Shown: one piece after another, positions 25,549 through 34,842 of the stretch
Layout: every line of letters starts with the position of its first letter
Position numbering within the stretch: the stretch's first letter is position 1
Virus record (IMG/VR): IMGVR_UViG_3300017747_002615
Location: 1-41,486 of that record
Origin: a virus
Taxonomy: Duplodnaviria > Caudoviricetes
Strand: one strand, 5' to 3'
DNA length: 41,486 bases
Made by a program: the position numbers and the translations under genes
Notes under the pieces: model-generated
Database searches by the model: none
Told to the model about the DNA's origin: nothing
What the model saw: the letters and a program-made list of their open reading frames with translations, nothing else

Positions 25549-26846
25549 TTCCCACCGCGCTTACGAAGTTCAGCGTCAATTGCGTCTTGTGATGGCAGTC
25601 CACCACCGCCAGATTTCGGAACCTTGTACCCGCTTTGCTCGTAGAACCCTTCTGCCTCATCAACAACGGCACGGAATTCCTGAACAAACCGTTGTAGCTT
25701 TTTATCTCTTGTCGGGCCATCATCCGTAACCGTGGGGATGAAGGGACGCAAGCGCGGGAATTCAGCGGCAGTCACAGCAGCCCCAGAACGGTCATGGATA
25801 ATCATGCTTCCAAGGTCGGCTATGGATGCGCGGGTTGCAACGCCCTCTGGGTCAAGTCGCTGCAAAGCAAAGTCCGGCAGAAACCCCTTCCAACCTGTCG
25901 CGTTCTTGTCGCCCTCTGGAACTGCGCCGGTTGCCTTGGCAAGCGCGCCTTCCGCTATCCGAAGATTCTGTCTGTTCTCAAGCAGTTTCTGCGATGCTGA
26001 TGCTGGCATGGCTTTTTCTGCTGGCTTGCTCCGCACTTGGTTCCCGCTTCCATCGGTTAATGGTTGCAACGAAGTGCTGCCCCTTGGTAAAAGCATAGGG
26101 CCATTTTCTGTTTGCACAATTTGCGGCGCAGGCGGATTTACAATAGTCGAACCAACTTGTTTCGCAAACTTCGCGGAAGGTTCGCTACCAGGAAGCGGAG
26201 TCCACGTCTTTCCCTCGTCATGGCTGATATGTGGCTGAACCATATCCTTGCCAACCGGGAAGTTGTTATTCATCAATGGCGCACGCGGTGTTGGCGGCGC
26301 AAACGTCCTCGGCCCACCTTGCGCAATCGGCCTACCCGACGCATCGAATCGCTGCTGTCCTTCTCCAAGCGTGAAGTCCTCTTGTGGCTTCATGTACTGA
26401 GCCATCAACGCACTGGCAGCGGGCGAGACAAAGGGATTACCGCTTGCCGCGCCCTTCATGGCAAACGCAAGCATTTCCTGCTTGGTCGGCTGCGTGGTCT
26501 GCATGGCCGGTGGCATGGCGTTGCCCTCGTCGTCCATGCTGACAAGGTTCAAGTCCTGCGTCTTGGCTTGCGGCATACCGCCGAAAAACTCTGTGGCTTC
26601 GGTTCTGGCGCGAGTAGCGAGCGCCTTTTCCTCGTCTTGGACGGCATCCAAACTTTTTCGACCGCTATACGCTTGAAGCATCTTGGCAAGTCCCTGCGTC
26701 CACGAAATCGGCGCTGGCTGACCTCCACCTTGCCCTGCTTCAATAGGCTGCATCGACTGCTGCTGCATTTGTTCAGCCATTCTACGGCGGCGTTCGATGT
26801 CCTTTTGCGAAGCGGTGTAGTCGGTAAATGTGTTGATGGTCGGCAT
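25545..26846 (-). CDS. DNA ejection / internal virion protein
   Basis: Q/P/G-rich, with TLGEGQQRF repeat and C-terminal SGAAVTAAEF motif; lies between the two other ejection genes. Confidence 0.7.
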   Translation of the reverse strand: MPTINTFTDYTASQKDIERRRRMAEQMQQQSMQPIEAGQGGGQPAPISWTQGLAKMLQAYSGRKSLDAVQDEEKALATRARTEATEFFGGMPQAKTQDLNLVSMDDEGNAMPPAMQTTQPTKQEMLAFAMKGAASGNPFVSPAASALMAQYMKPQEDFTLGEGQQRFDASGRPIAQGGPRTFAPPTPRAPLMNNNFPVGKDMVQPHISHDEGKTWTPLPGSEPSAKFAKQVGSTIVNPPAPQIVQTENGPMLLPRGSTSLQPLTDGSGNQVRSKPAEKAMPASASQKLLENRQNLRIAEGALAKATGAVPEGDKNATGWKGFLPDFALQRLDPEGVATRASIADLGSMIIHDRSGAAVTAAEFPRLRPFIPTVTDDGPTRDKKLQRFVQEFRAVVDEAEGFYEQSGYKVPKSGGGGLPSQDAIDAELRKRGGK

Positions 26847-26847
26847 G

Positions 26848-27027
26848 TTATCTGCCCCTCCAAAACATTACCAATTTAGTAATGGCAACATAAATACGCT
26901 CCCACAGCGCATGATATTTTGAGCAACATGCTTTTGAGCCGCAAATGTCACATGCGTTATGGTATGAGGCAAAGTGCGATTTTTCTCCGCAGCGTTGGCA
27001 CGAAAATGGGGTTATTTCAGTCCACAT
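26848..27027 (-). CDS. 59-aa zinc-ribbon-like protein with hydrophobic C-terminus
   Basis: MWTEITPFSCQRCGEKSHFASYHNACDICGSKACCSKYHALWERIYVAITKLVMFWRGR; TAATG coupled; fills the gap exactly. Confidence 0.55.
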   Translation of the reverse strand: MWTEITPFSCQRCGEKSHFASYHNACDICGSKACCSKYHALWERIYVAITKLVMFWRGR

Positions 27028-29588
27028 TACACACCGCCAATCATCGCGTAATTGACAATCTTGTAGCCACTTCCATGATCGCTTACGGCCTCTGGCACGA
27101 TCTGTTCAATTTCATCAGCCATTACGCCACGCTGTCTAGTCGAAAATATATCGTACTCATAAATACCAATCCCAATCGGGTGTGTTCCAATCCGCACGAT
27201 ATTCGACTTCAACCTTCTATCAGAGAATGTTCCAGTTGGCGCTCCAATCGCAGCGCCTCCAAGCGTGAATAATCCTTGATTGAATGCATTGGCCTGCGCC
27301 ACTTCCTGACCATACTGATTCTGCGCGGCCTGATTCTGTGCCTGCGCCGCCTGAAACACTGGTGTCTGCCCAACAGTCACGCCCTGATACGGCTGGAACT
27401 GCGGGTTTTGAACCTGCGCTCCAGTACGCAGCGAATTGAGTTCATTCAACGGCAACGACCGCAGGTACGCCTGCTCCTGAATAGACTGCTGCCGGTTCTG
27501 GTTGGTCAGGTTCGCGTTCGCCAGCCCTTGCTGGAACATCTGCTGTGCTGCCTGATTGTTCAGCGCCGCGTTTTGCTGGCCCATGCCAAACTGGTTCTGT
27601 GCGGCGGCATTGGCAAATTGGGCCGCGCCCTGATTCTGCTGGTTTGCCTGCCCCTGCGCGGCGTTATAGGCCGACAGGTTGCCCAGAGCCTGCTGATAGC
27701 CCTGCCCCTGTGCTGTGTTAGCAAACTCACCCTGCGCCTGATTCTGTCCAAATTGTTGCTGCTGCGCCGTATTCCCGAACTGCGCGGCCTGCAACGCCTG
27801 TTGCGTGGCTTGTTGCTGCGCGGCGTTGTATGCGGCCAGATCAGACTGATTCTGGCCGTACTGCTGGCCTTGGGCTTGGTTGGCAAACTGCCCGCCAGCC
27901 AGATTCTGCCCGTACAGTTGCCCCTGCGCGGTATTGCCGAATTGGGCGGCGGCGGCATTTTGGGCGGCTTGGGCCGATTGTGCCGTATTGGCGAATTGAC
28001 CACGCCCCTGCGCTTGCGAGAAGTCCTGCGCCTGAGCGGCATTACCGGCCTGCATTGCGGACAGGTTCTGGCCGAACTGGCTGGACTGCGCAGCATTGGC
28101 GAATTGGCCTTGAGCCTGATTCTGTCCGAACTGTTGCGCTTGAGCCGCATTCGACGCCTGCATTCCGGTCAGGTTTTGTCCAAACTGCGCTTGCTGCGCT
28201 GCATTGGCGAAGTTGCCGCCAGCTAAACCCTGATTAAACGCCTGAGACTGCGCCGAATTGGCAAACTGCCCTTGCTGCGACTGCTCGCTCGTATATTGCC
28301 CCCTAGCCTGCGATGCAAGCCCAAAGAGCCGCGACTGCTCTTGTCCTCCCGCCAGTACCGCCTGCTGCCGTGCGTCGTTCTTGGCGCGGTTTAGCGTGTC
28401 CAGATCGTAGTTTGAAGCCTCCGCCCCAGGCGCAATGCCTTGGTTAATCAGCCGCGTCCGCATCAGCTCCTCGTCGCGCTGAAACTGCGGTTCGGAGCGC
28501 GATAGCAAAGCCTGAGTTACCGCATCACGATCTGCCGAAAAGTCGTTCGTTCCGGGCAACTGTGGCGCACCAGAAAAGTCCAGCCCACGTTGCGCCCCGC
28601 CGACATCCTGCAATCCACCCTGTTGCCTTCCCGCCGAATCAAATCCGGTCTGCACAGCGCCGCCGCCCGCAAAACTGGTCTGCTGCTGCCCGAACGGGTC
28701 AAAATTACGCTGCTGTGACCCTACGTCACCAAACCCGGACTGCTGCTGTCCAGCCTGATCGTAGCCAGTCCGGATATTTCCAGCGCCCTGTACGCCGGTC
28801 TGAATCTGCCCCGCAGGATCAGCGCCGTAGCGTACCTGCCCACCCCCTTGGTATCCGCTGCGAATGTCTCCAGCGCCCTGTATCTGGCCTTGGATTGGCT
28901 GGTTGTATCCAGTGCTGTACTGCGGCTTTCCGCCTTGGTCGTAACTGCCCTGTAAATTCGGCGCATCAACCCCGTATTGGTAGGTCGCGGTGCCCACCCG
29001 ATTGATCTGACTTGGCAGCTTGGACGTGTCAAACGGCGTTTCAAATCCCTTGGATACTCGCTCCAATCCTGACTCCGCAACGCCAGCCAAATTGCCGCTG
29101 ATGCGGTTCTGCGCGTCCAGAAGGGATTGTTGCTGTGGCGACAGTGTTTGGGTTATCGTCGGCTGGTCGGCGTCCTGAATCTTTGTGTACGCATCACGGG
29201 TTGGGGCAACCGGAGCGGCCCCCGTTCCACCGGAAACCCACTGGCGATTGTCTCCGCTTTCATCCCAATATCCGGCAGACGGACTCTGGTAGTTGTTCAG
29301 CGCAGTTTGATAGTCGGCTTGGGCGCGATTAAAGCCGGTTTCGTCAAACTGCGGCGTGCCGGAACCCCACGTAACCGTCTGCGATCCATACGGGGTATAG
29401 ACGTTCGGGTTGTTCATGCGCCCTTGAGCGCGGGCAGTTTCGACGTTCGCCGCACCCTGCGCCTGCGCGGCACCGGCATAGTCAGGTGTCGCTGGCGCAG
29501 AAGGGCTGTCCTTATGGGCGATCCAGCCGCCACCTAGTTTGGCGGTGGGCGCGAACCAGATTGGGTCATGCTGCCAGTTTTTGCTCAC
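27027..29588 (-). CDS. Repeat-rich DNA ejection (pilot) protein with C-terminal peptidase S74-like chaperone domain
   Basis: APATPDY...NNPNVYTPYGSQT N-terminus, LINQGIAPGAEA core, Q/A/G/N repeats and SDRRLKSNI...GVMADEIE C-terminus. GTG 29588 has an AAGGA RBS (track start 29651). Confidence 0.75.
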   Translation of the reverse strand: MSKNWQHDPIWFAPTAKLGGGWIAHKDSPSAPATPDYAGAAQAQGAANVETARAQGRMNNPNVYTPYGSQTVTWGSGTPQFDETGFNRAQADYQTALNNYQSPSAGYWDESGDNRQWVSGGTGAAPVAPTRDAYTKIQDADQPTITQTLSPQQQSLLDAQNRISGNLAGVAESGLERVSKGFETPFDTSKLPSQINRVGTATYQYGVDAPNLQGSYDQGGKPQYSTGYNQPIQGQIQGAGDIRSGYQGGGQVRYGADPAGQIQTGVQGAGNIRTGYDQAGQQQSGFGDVGSQQRNFDPFGQQQTSFAGGGAVQTGFDSAGRQQGGLQDVGGAQRGLDFSGAPQLPGTNDFSADRDAVTQALLSRSEPQFQRDEELMRTRLINQGIAPGAEASNYDLDTLNRAKNDARQQAVLAGGQEQSRLFGLASQARGQYTSEQSQQGQFANSAQSQAFNQGLAGGNFANAAQQAQFGQNLTGMQASNAAQAQQFGQNQAQGQFANAAQSSQFGQNLSAMQAGNAAQAQDFSQAQGRGQFANTAQSAQAAQNAAAAQFGNTAQGQLYGQNLAGGQFANQAQGQQYGQNQSDLAAYNAAQQQATQQALQAAQFGNTAQQQQFGQNQAQGEFANTAQGQGYQQALGNLSAYNAAQGQANQQNQGAAQFANAAAQNQFGMGQQNAALNNQAAQQMFQQGLANANLTNQNRQQSIQEQAYLRSLPLNELNSLRTGAQVQNPQFQPYQGVTVGQTPVFQAAQAQNQAAQNQYGQEVAQANAFNQGLFTLGGAAIGAPTGTFSDRRLKSNIVRIGTHPIGIGIYEYDIFSTRQRGVMADEIEQIVPEAVSDHGSGYKIVNYAMIGGV
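27516..28271 (-). repeat. 14 tandem degenerate 54-bp (18-aa) coding repeats
   Basis: Consensus (G/A)QFAN(A/T)AQxQxFGQNxxx with an exact 18-residue register and no indels. Confidence 0.9.
28566..28955 (-). repeat. 13 tandem degenerate 30-bp (10-aa) coding repeats
   Basis: Examples IRSGYQGGGQ, IQTGVQGAGN, IRTGYDQAGQ and VQTGFDSAGR; exact 10-residue register. Confidence 0.85.
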
Positions 29589-30000
29589 AGGTGAATCCTT
29601 TTCGTATAAAACGGCAGTCTTGCCGATCCATGCGATAAATATGGATGTCACCTGTAGGGTGCGCGTCCTTCAATGTCGCCTCTATTGTAAACCCAAGATG
29701 CTTGACAAATCTAGTGGAATCAGCGTTTCCGCTTCCCACGCATACGGTAATCCGTTTTGCTCCAAGCTGGTTGAACGGATAATCGAATATCGTCCACAAA
29801 TACTGTTTCGTCAGCCACCGCCTGCTCCCGTCTGAGGCGATATGGCACTCCACGTTCACTCCGTTCCAGTTCGCGTAGGCCACTCCCGCGACGATCTTTC
29901 CATGTCTTTCCCATCCTATGCCCACATCCGTGCCGAAGTTTCCATATTCGTTCGTCTGCTTGGCGACCCAATCCACAACGCCTTTGCCAACCACAATCAT
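29566..30000 (-). CDS. GNAT-fold acetyltransferase of the tail operon
   Basis: IFDYPFNQLGAKRIT...NADSTRFVKHLGFTIEATLK, a RimJ/RimL-like pattern; ATGA coupled to the tail gene. Confidence 0.8.
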   Translation of the reverse strand: MIVVGKGVVDWVAKQTNEYGNFGTDVGIGWERHGKIVAGVAYANWNGVNVECHIASDGSRRWLTKQYLWTIFDYPFNQLGAKRITVCVGSGNADSTRFVKHLGFTIEATLKDAHPTGDIHIYRMDRQDCRFIRKGFTCEQKLAA

Positions 30001-31562
30001 CCGAAAATACCGCCCGGACGCCAAATTACGTCCGTTGACAACCACTGGAGGTCAAGCCCTTGGCTGTTCGCCAGCAGATGCGGCGCTCCAGCCCTGCCGA
30101 TGCCTGTTGCTCCCTGCCAATTTGCCTGTATCACCTGATCCGGCCCCCACAGTGCGTTATCCCAGACGCTGGTATTCCAGACCCCATAGTTTGACGCCGT
30201 GAAAGACAGCGCGGACGTAGGGTCGGACAAATCAAAGTCCAGGTTAATCTGGCACAGAATGGCAGGCGTCCCATTTGTGCTGAGTACAGGGCGCATCTGC
30301 GTGAAGTGCTTTTCCTTGTTTCTCTGCCCAAAGTAGTTGAAAGCCTGCAATCCATTGGCCTGTATCACGCCGCCATTGTCCGCCTGCGTATCCCATGCCT
30401 TTCCAACGTAGCCGACACCGCCAAAATACGGGGCATCCTGATAAAGCTCCCAACAGGCTGCATTCCAGCCGGTGAAATTGCACCATGAGCGCGTAATGGT
30501 GTTCATCACAAACTGCTCTTGAATGACATTCGTCTGCTTTGGGACATTCAAAAAAAGCATATTCTCATTGGGATACGGCAATAACTGCCACCCAAAGTTT
30601 TCGCCATACAGCGTCACCGATTGCGATATGGCGTATTGAATCTTGTCAGTTATCGCCACCCTCGAATTGATGCGGCTGGACTGGAGCGCAAGCGACATCG
30701 GCTGTACGCCATCGCGGGTAATAATCAGAAGATCGCCGGAATACTTTACCGTGCAACGCCGCCCTATCGGAGAGCCAACCCAATAGACGCCAATCAGCCC
30801 CCACGTTGCGGACGATGCAGGGTCAGAGCCGCGATACACAAGAATCTCGCCCTCGGACGTAATGAACACGGTCATGTCGTCCATGCCGTATCCAGCGTCC
30901 ATCGTCCACGTTTCTATCGCCATCAGGTAGCCGCCGCGCTGGCAGAATGACGACAGATCGAACGCCGTTGCTGCGCCGCCAATGCTATTGGTCGGCAAAT
31001 ACCATGCCTTGAGCGTTGCGCTCTGAGTCAGCCACACGCGGTTGTGTGACATGGTTATACCGATGCACGTCTGCGTGTTCACGCCTGTCACGTCGTAGGG
31101 TGCGCCATCACCGTCCGCGTGCCAGTTGGTGCCGTCATACACGCGCATCTTGTCCGCGCCGTTCACGCACTGGATATAACTGCCGCCGCTGGTCGTGTTG
31201 TTCACATACTGAAACCGTGCGTTCGTCAGGCCGGTCACATTCGACACGCCTGCGCCACCCGCCGTGACGTTGTAGATCACCGTTCCGGCAGCGGCAAACA
31301 ACTTCTCGGACGTGCCCCCCGTATAGGCCATCAGCGTTTCGACCGTCCCGCTTGCTACCGTCGCAAATCGGCTGTATCCATATCTAAACTGGCAATAGGT
31401 CGCGGCAGGAAACCAATTCTCCAGATAGACCGCATCCCCCGGTGCCATGTCCGCAAGTGAATCCCTCGCGTTCCAGCCGCCCGTTGGAGCGGATAGCGAC
31501 ATGGCATTGCCATCCTGCGGGACTGGTCGGCGGCGGTGCGGGATTTTGGTGCGGGCGAGCAT
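29997..31562 (-). CDS. Tail nozzle / DNA stabilization protein (P22 gp10 / tail tubular B-like)
   Basis: APTGGWNARD...LENWFP N-terminus, beta-propeller-like composition and canonical position after the adaptor. Confidence 0.75.
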   Translation of the reverse strand: MLARTKIPHRRRPVPQDGNAMSLSAPTGGWNARDSLADMAPGDAVYLENWFPAATYCQFRYGYSRFATVASGTVETLMAYTGGTSEKLFAAAGTVIYNVTAGGAGVSNVTGLTNARFQYVNNTTSGGSYIQCVNGADKMRVYDGTNWHADGDGAPYDVTGVNTQTCIGITMSHNRVWLTQSATLKAWYLPTNSIGGAATAFDLSSFCQRGGYLMAIETWTMDAGYGMDDMTVFITSEGEILVYRGSDPASSATWGLIGVYWVGSPIGRRCTVKYSGDLLIITRDGVQPMSLALQSSRINSRVAITDKIQYAISQSVTLYGENFGWQLLPYPNENMLFLNVPKQTNVIQEQFVMNTITRSWCNFTGWNAACWELYQDAPYFGGVGYVGKAWDTQADNGGVIQANGLQAFNYFGQRNKEKHFTQMRPVLSTNGTPAILCQINLDFDLSDPTSALSFTASNYGVWNTSVWDNALWGPDQVIQANWQGATGIGRAGAPHLLANSQGLDLQWLSTDVIWRPGGIFG

Positions 31563-32465
31563 TTACGCGCCATACCCCGAATCGGGGATATTGTTCCAAC
31601 CCAACAACACTTCCGGCACCCTCGGATTCATGCTAAGTGTCTGCGATCCTGCATCCGTGGACATGGCAATCGACAACTCTGAATCGTAGTCCTCGCGGAA
31701 TATGTCGCCCAAGCCCTTCACTTGGAAATACTTGTTTTTCAGCCCAAGCACCATCAGCCGGTCTGGGAATATGCAGGTATCGGTGTCAATCGTGAATGCG
31801 TTTTTGGCAACGCCAGCAGCAGTCAATGCCCACGCCTTGCTGATGTACTCGAAACCAAGGTAATGCTGCGTGCCCTGTGGAGGCCAGATCGTGAAGCTGT
31901 TTCCGAAGATTCGATAGCGCACAATGGGGCCTGTGCTGATGTAGCCGCTGGTGAGCCATTCCCATTGTTGCGCCGTTTCTGGGCCGATCATCTGCCAGTG
32001 CTGCGTCTTGTCCCAATGCGTGCGGTCAATCTGCCGGTCAAAGTCGCTCGGCATTGAATACTGCGTTTGGCTGAATGTCAGGGATACGCCGGTTCCGCTG
32101 GTTGACGCCTCCTGATTCATCGTGACCTGAGTGGCAGAGTCAACGGAGGCGATCTGGCTATTGGTCAGGATGCCGTTGCCCGTGACCTGATATTGCGTGG
32201 TCAGGCCAGTGGTCGATGGGATGCCGGTGATGATCGCGCTGCCAGCCGTGACCGTTCCAGTCGTGGTGGTGAATTCAGTCTGGAAAAGATTGGTCTTGCT
32301 CGTCCACTGCCACTGATGGCGGCGGGTCAACTCGTACCCTACCGCGTTGATTAGGGCCAGAAGCTGTACTACGTCCTGATTGGTGTTTCCGACGACAGTG
32401 GAGGAAACGGAAAGCCCCATTTCCCCCTGCGCTTGATTAACGAGTTGCAGTACGGTTGAACCCAT
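31563..32465 (-). CDS. Head-to-tail adaptor (tail tubular A-like) with Thr/Ser-rich insertion
   Basis: TVLQLVNQAQGEMGL...QLLALINAVGYEL...W, YSMPSDFDR, and C-terminal LGLKNKYFQVKG...NIPDSGYG. Confidence 0.7.
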   Translation of the reverse strand: MGSTVLQLVNQAQGEMGLSVSSTVVGNTNQDVVQLLALINAVGYELTRRHQWQWTSKTNLFQTEFTTTTGTVTAGSAIITGIPSTTGLTTQYQVTGNGILTNSQIASVDSATQVTMNQEASTSGTGVSLTFSQTQYSMPSDFDRQIDRTHWDKTQHWQMIGPETAQQWEWLTSGYISTGPIVRYRIFGNSFTIWPPQGTQHYLGFEYISKAWALTAAGVAKNAFTIDTDTCIFPDRLMVLGLKNKYFQVKGLGDIFREDYDSELSIAMSTDAGSQTLSMNPRVPEVLLGWNNIPDSGYGA

Positions 32466-32488
32466 GACGCGCTCCTAGCCCTAAATTG

Positions 32489-33202
32489 TCACTCAGTGGG
32501 CGCTGTAGGCGCAGTTTCTGGGGTGATTTGTACCACATTTGCGCCCGAGGCGGAAGCGGCAGCGTCGGCCTCAATTTGCTCTTTTGTCCGGCGAACGCGC
32601 TTCTTTTTTTCCTCTGGCGCAGGGGCAATTCCAGCGCCAAGCATGGCCTGAACTTGCCGATTCAGGGCATCTACCTGCGCCTTCAATTCAGCGTTTTCCT
32701 GCGCCTGATGCGCTGCCGGCGCGCTGGAGGCTGCCATGCCCAGAAACGCCTTGGCACGCTCCCTGACCATCATGGGATTCATGCCGCCGATCATGCCCAA
32801 AGACTGCAACTGCCCGTCCGAAGCATTGGCAAGCTGCTCAACAGTGAAGAATTTGACCCCCCTGAATTCCTCGGCCTGCGCCGCCGACAGGAACGGCCAC
32901 TGGTTGACCGGCGTTCCAACGGTCGATCCGTCGCCCTTACCTTGCTGGTACAGCGCCCATTGCTGTGCAAATCGCTGCTTGTGTTCAGCCCGAACCGGCG
33001 TGTCAATGATGTTCAGTTGGTTGCCAGGCGTGAAAATCTGGACGTAATCGACATCCTGATAGATGGGCCGATTCTCAAGCGTGCTGGCAAACGGCTGGTG
33101 AACCGCTTTGCTGTAGAACTTTACAACCAGCGCAGCGTCTGGGTTGTGGGCGCCAAGGAAGTTCGGATTTGCGGCATCTGAGGCCATCATGGGGGCTGAC
33201 AT
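32489..33202 (-). CDS. Conserved head-region hypothetical protein
   Basis: 237 aa, AGGAG RBS, GTPVNQWP...TVEQLANASD motif and a coiled-coil tail. Confidence 0.7.
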   Translation of the reverse strand: MSAPMMASDAANPNFLGAHNPDAALVVKFYSKAVHQPFASTLENRPIYQDVDYVQIFTPGNQLNIIDTPVRAEHKQRFAQQWALYQQGKGDGSTVGTPVNQWPFLSAAQAEEFRGVKFFTVEQLANASDGQLQSLGMIGGMNPMMVRERAKAFLGMAASSAPAAHQAQENAELKAQVDALNRQVQAMLGAGIAPAPEEKKKRVRRTKEQIEADAAASASGANVVQITPETAPTAPTE

Positions 33203-33232
33203 TGGTATTCTCCTGTAAGGAATGAAGCGGCA

Positions 33233-34354
33233 CTAGGCCGCGAGTTGTTGCTTCTGCTTCGGTTTGAACGGCACTATGAAATCGAAATCGGGATACTTGG
33301 CGCGGATAATGCTCTCGTAGTTCCACGCTGTAAGGAACAACACTTTCGGGCTTTTTGATTCGGTTAGAACGGACTCTGGCAAGATTTTGATAATGGTTCC
33401 GGCGATGTATTTCCCCTGCTTGGCGGGCGTACTGTCCACGCAATAGGCTATCCGGTCAGCAATGCCAAGCTGGTGTATCAGGGTGCAGGCTTTTGCCGTG
33501 GCCCCGAACGCAATAATCTGTTCTTTCGTTGCGGAAACCTCTGCCATGCAGTAGTGCATCGCCTCTGCCATCTTGTCCTTGAATCCATCCCAATCCACCG
33601 TAGGCTCCATCATCTTCGCCCTGACGCCACGCCGACAATGCACCCGTATAGACCCCCCATGATTGGACAGATGCTCAACGTGGCTGATTCCAAGCCCATA
33701 GGCGGACAGGAACCGTATCAGCGGCATGATCGTGTGATAGTCGCGGTGTTCGTGATAGATCATGTCAAACAGCCCGTTTTCGGCCATGTCCATGAAATAC
33801 TGAACCTCGAACACCAATGCGCCATCATCCTTCAAAATACGATCTATCCCACGGAAAACGTCGTGCAAATCGTCAATGTGCGCCAAAACATTGTTGGCAA
33901 CAATCAGGTCGACCAATGGAAGGTTAAACGCCTCATTCATGGTGAAGGGCGCTTTCTTGATAAAGTCCCTCGTTCCGGACGGGTCAATTCCAGAAACGCT
34001 CGGGAAATGCTCAGTAAGTGCCTCCATGAAAAGGCCGTTGTTCGCCCCAATTTCCAACACCGTTCGGGCGCTTGGATACCGTGACTTCAAAGCGGCGGCG
34101 TTTTTCCGCAGTTCAGGGATTTGGGCTTCCGGCGTCTGGTACTTGTAACTCTGCCCGTACAGAACATCATCGGGAACCATGTGTCCAATCTGGACATGCC
34201 CACAGTCGGAACACTCCTTCAATTCCAATTGGTACAGTTCGCCAAAATTCGGCTCGTCGGGAAAGGAATTTGCTATCGGCGTCGGATTCAGGGCCAACCG
34301 CGTCCTTACATGCCCCCCGCACAACCGGCAATCATGGCGCTCTATCGCTTTCAT
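33233..34354 (-). CDS. NDP-hexose C-methyltransferase (TylC3/EryBIII/TcaB9-like)
   Basis: Zn site CRLC...CSDC, SAM motif VLEIGANNG, ANNVLAHI, FDMIYHEH, HGGSIR, FGATAKA and DSTPAKQG. Confidence 0.9.
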   Translation of the reverse strand: MKAIERHDCRLCGGHVRTRLALNPTPIANSFPDEPNFGELYQLELKECSDCGHVQIGHMVPDDVLYGQSYKYQTPEAQIPELRKNAAALKSRYPSARTVLEIGANNGLFMEALTEHFPSVSGIDPSGTRDFIKKAPFTMNEAFNLPLVDLIVANNVLAHIDDLHDVFRGIDRILKDDGALVFEVQYFMDMAENGLFDMIYHEHRDYHTIMPLIRFLSAYGLGISHVEHLSNHGGSIRVHCRRGVRAKMMEPTVDWDGFKDKMAEAMHYCMAEVSATKEQIIAFGATAKACTLIHQLGIADRIAYCVDSTPAKQGKYIAGTIIKILPESVLTESKSPKVLFLTAWNYESIIRAKYPDFDFIVPFKPKQKQQLAA

Positions 34355-34842
34355 GGCTTCACCGCCTCCAGTCGCATGTCCCGCTTGGCAAGGTGGAAAA
34401 CAGGCTCCTTTACCTCGACCTTGGCAAATCCCGCCTGCAACACGATTTCCGTCAATTCTTCTTTAGTATAAGACCACTGGTGCATCATTCCCGGCTTCGG
34501 GTCGCGAGGGTCGCCAAAGATGCCAAGCTGCATCAGGCGCATGTTTTTTTCGCCATTGACGATATGTTCGGCCATCTTGTTCAAGCACGGAACCTCAATC
34601 ACCAACCTGCCGCCGCGCTTCAATACCCGGTGCCAATCGGCAAGCATGTTGTCAACATCCATCCTCGCAATATGCTCGACAAAGTGGATACTGTGAATCT
34701 CGTCGGCGTAGTCGGCATCGAACGGAAGTTTCCGGCAATCGGTCAGTACGTCTGGTTCACCATAGGCGTCACAGTTCAGGAATCCAGGCCAGTGCTTGTC
34801 GCCACTGCCGACATTCAAACGGATTCTAGATAATTCGCCCAT
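34351..34842 (-). CDS. Class I SAM-dependent methyltransferase (Methyltransf_11-like)
   Basis: RLNVGSG...FLNCD...LPF...HFVEH...WHRVLKRGGRLVIEVP; ATG 34842 preferred over the track start at 35022. Confidence 0.88.
   Translation of the reverse strand: MGELSRIRLNVGSGDKHWPGFLNCDAYGEPDVLTDCRKLPFDADYADEIHSIHFVEHIARMDVDNMLADWHRVLKRGGRLVIEVPCLNKMAEHIVNGEKNMRLMQLGIFGDPRDPKPGMMHQWSYTKEELTEIVLQAGFAKVEVKEPVFHLAKRDMRLEAVKP

Noticed and set aside
27516-28955. Periodic DNA as a CRISPR array
   Set aside because: These are degenerate in-frame coding repeats with no constant repeat/unique spacer structure and no cas genes.
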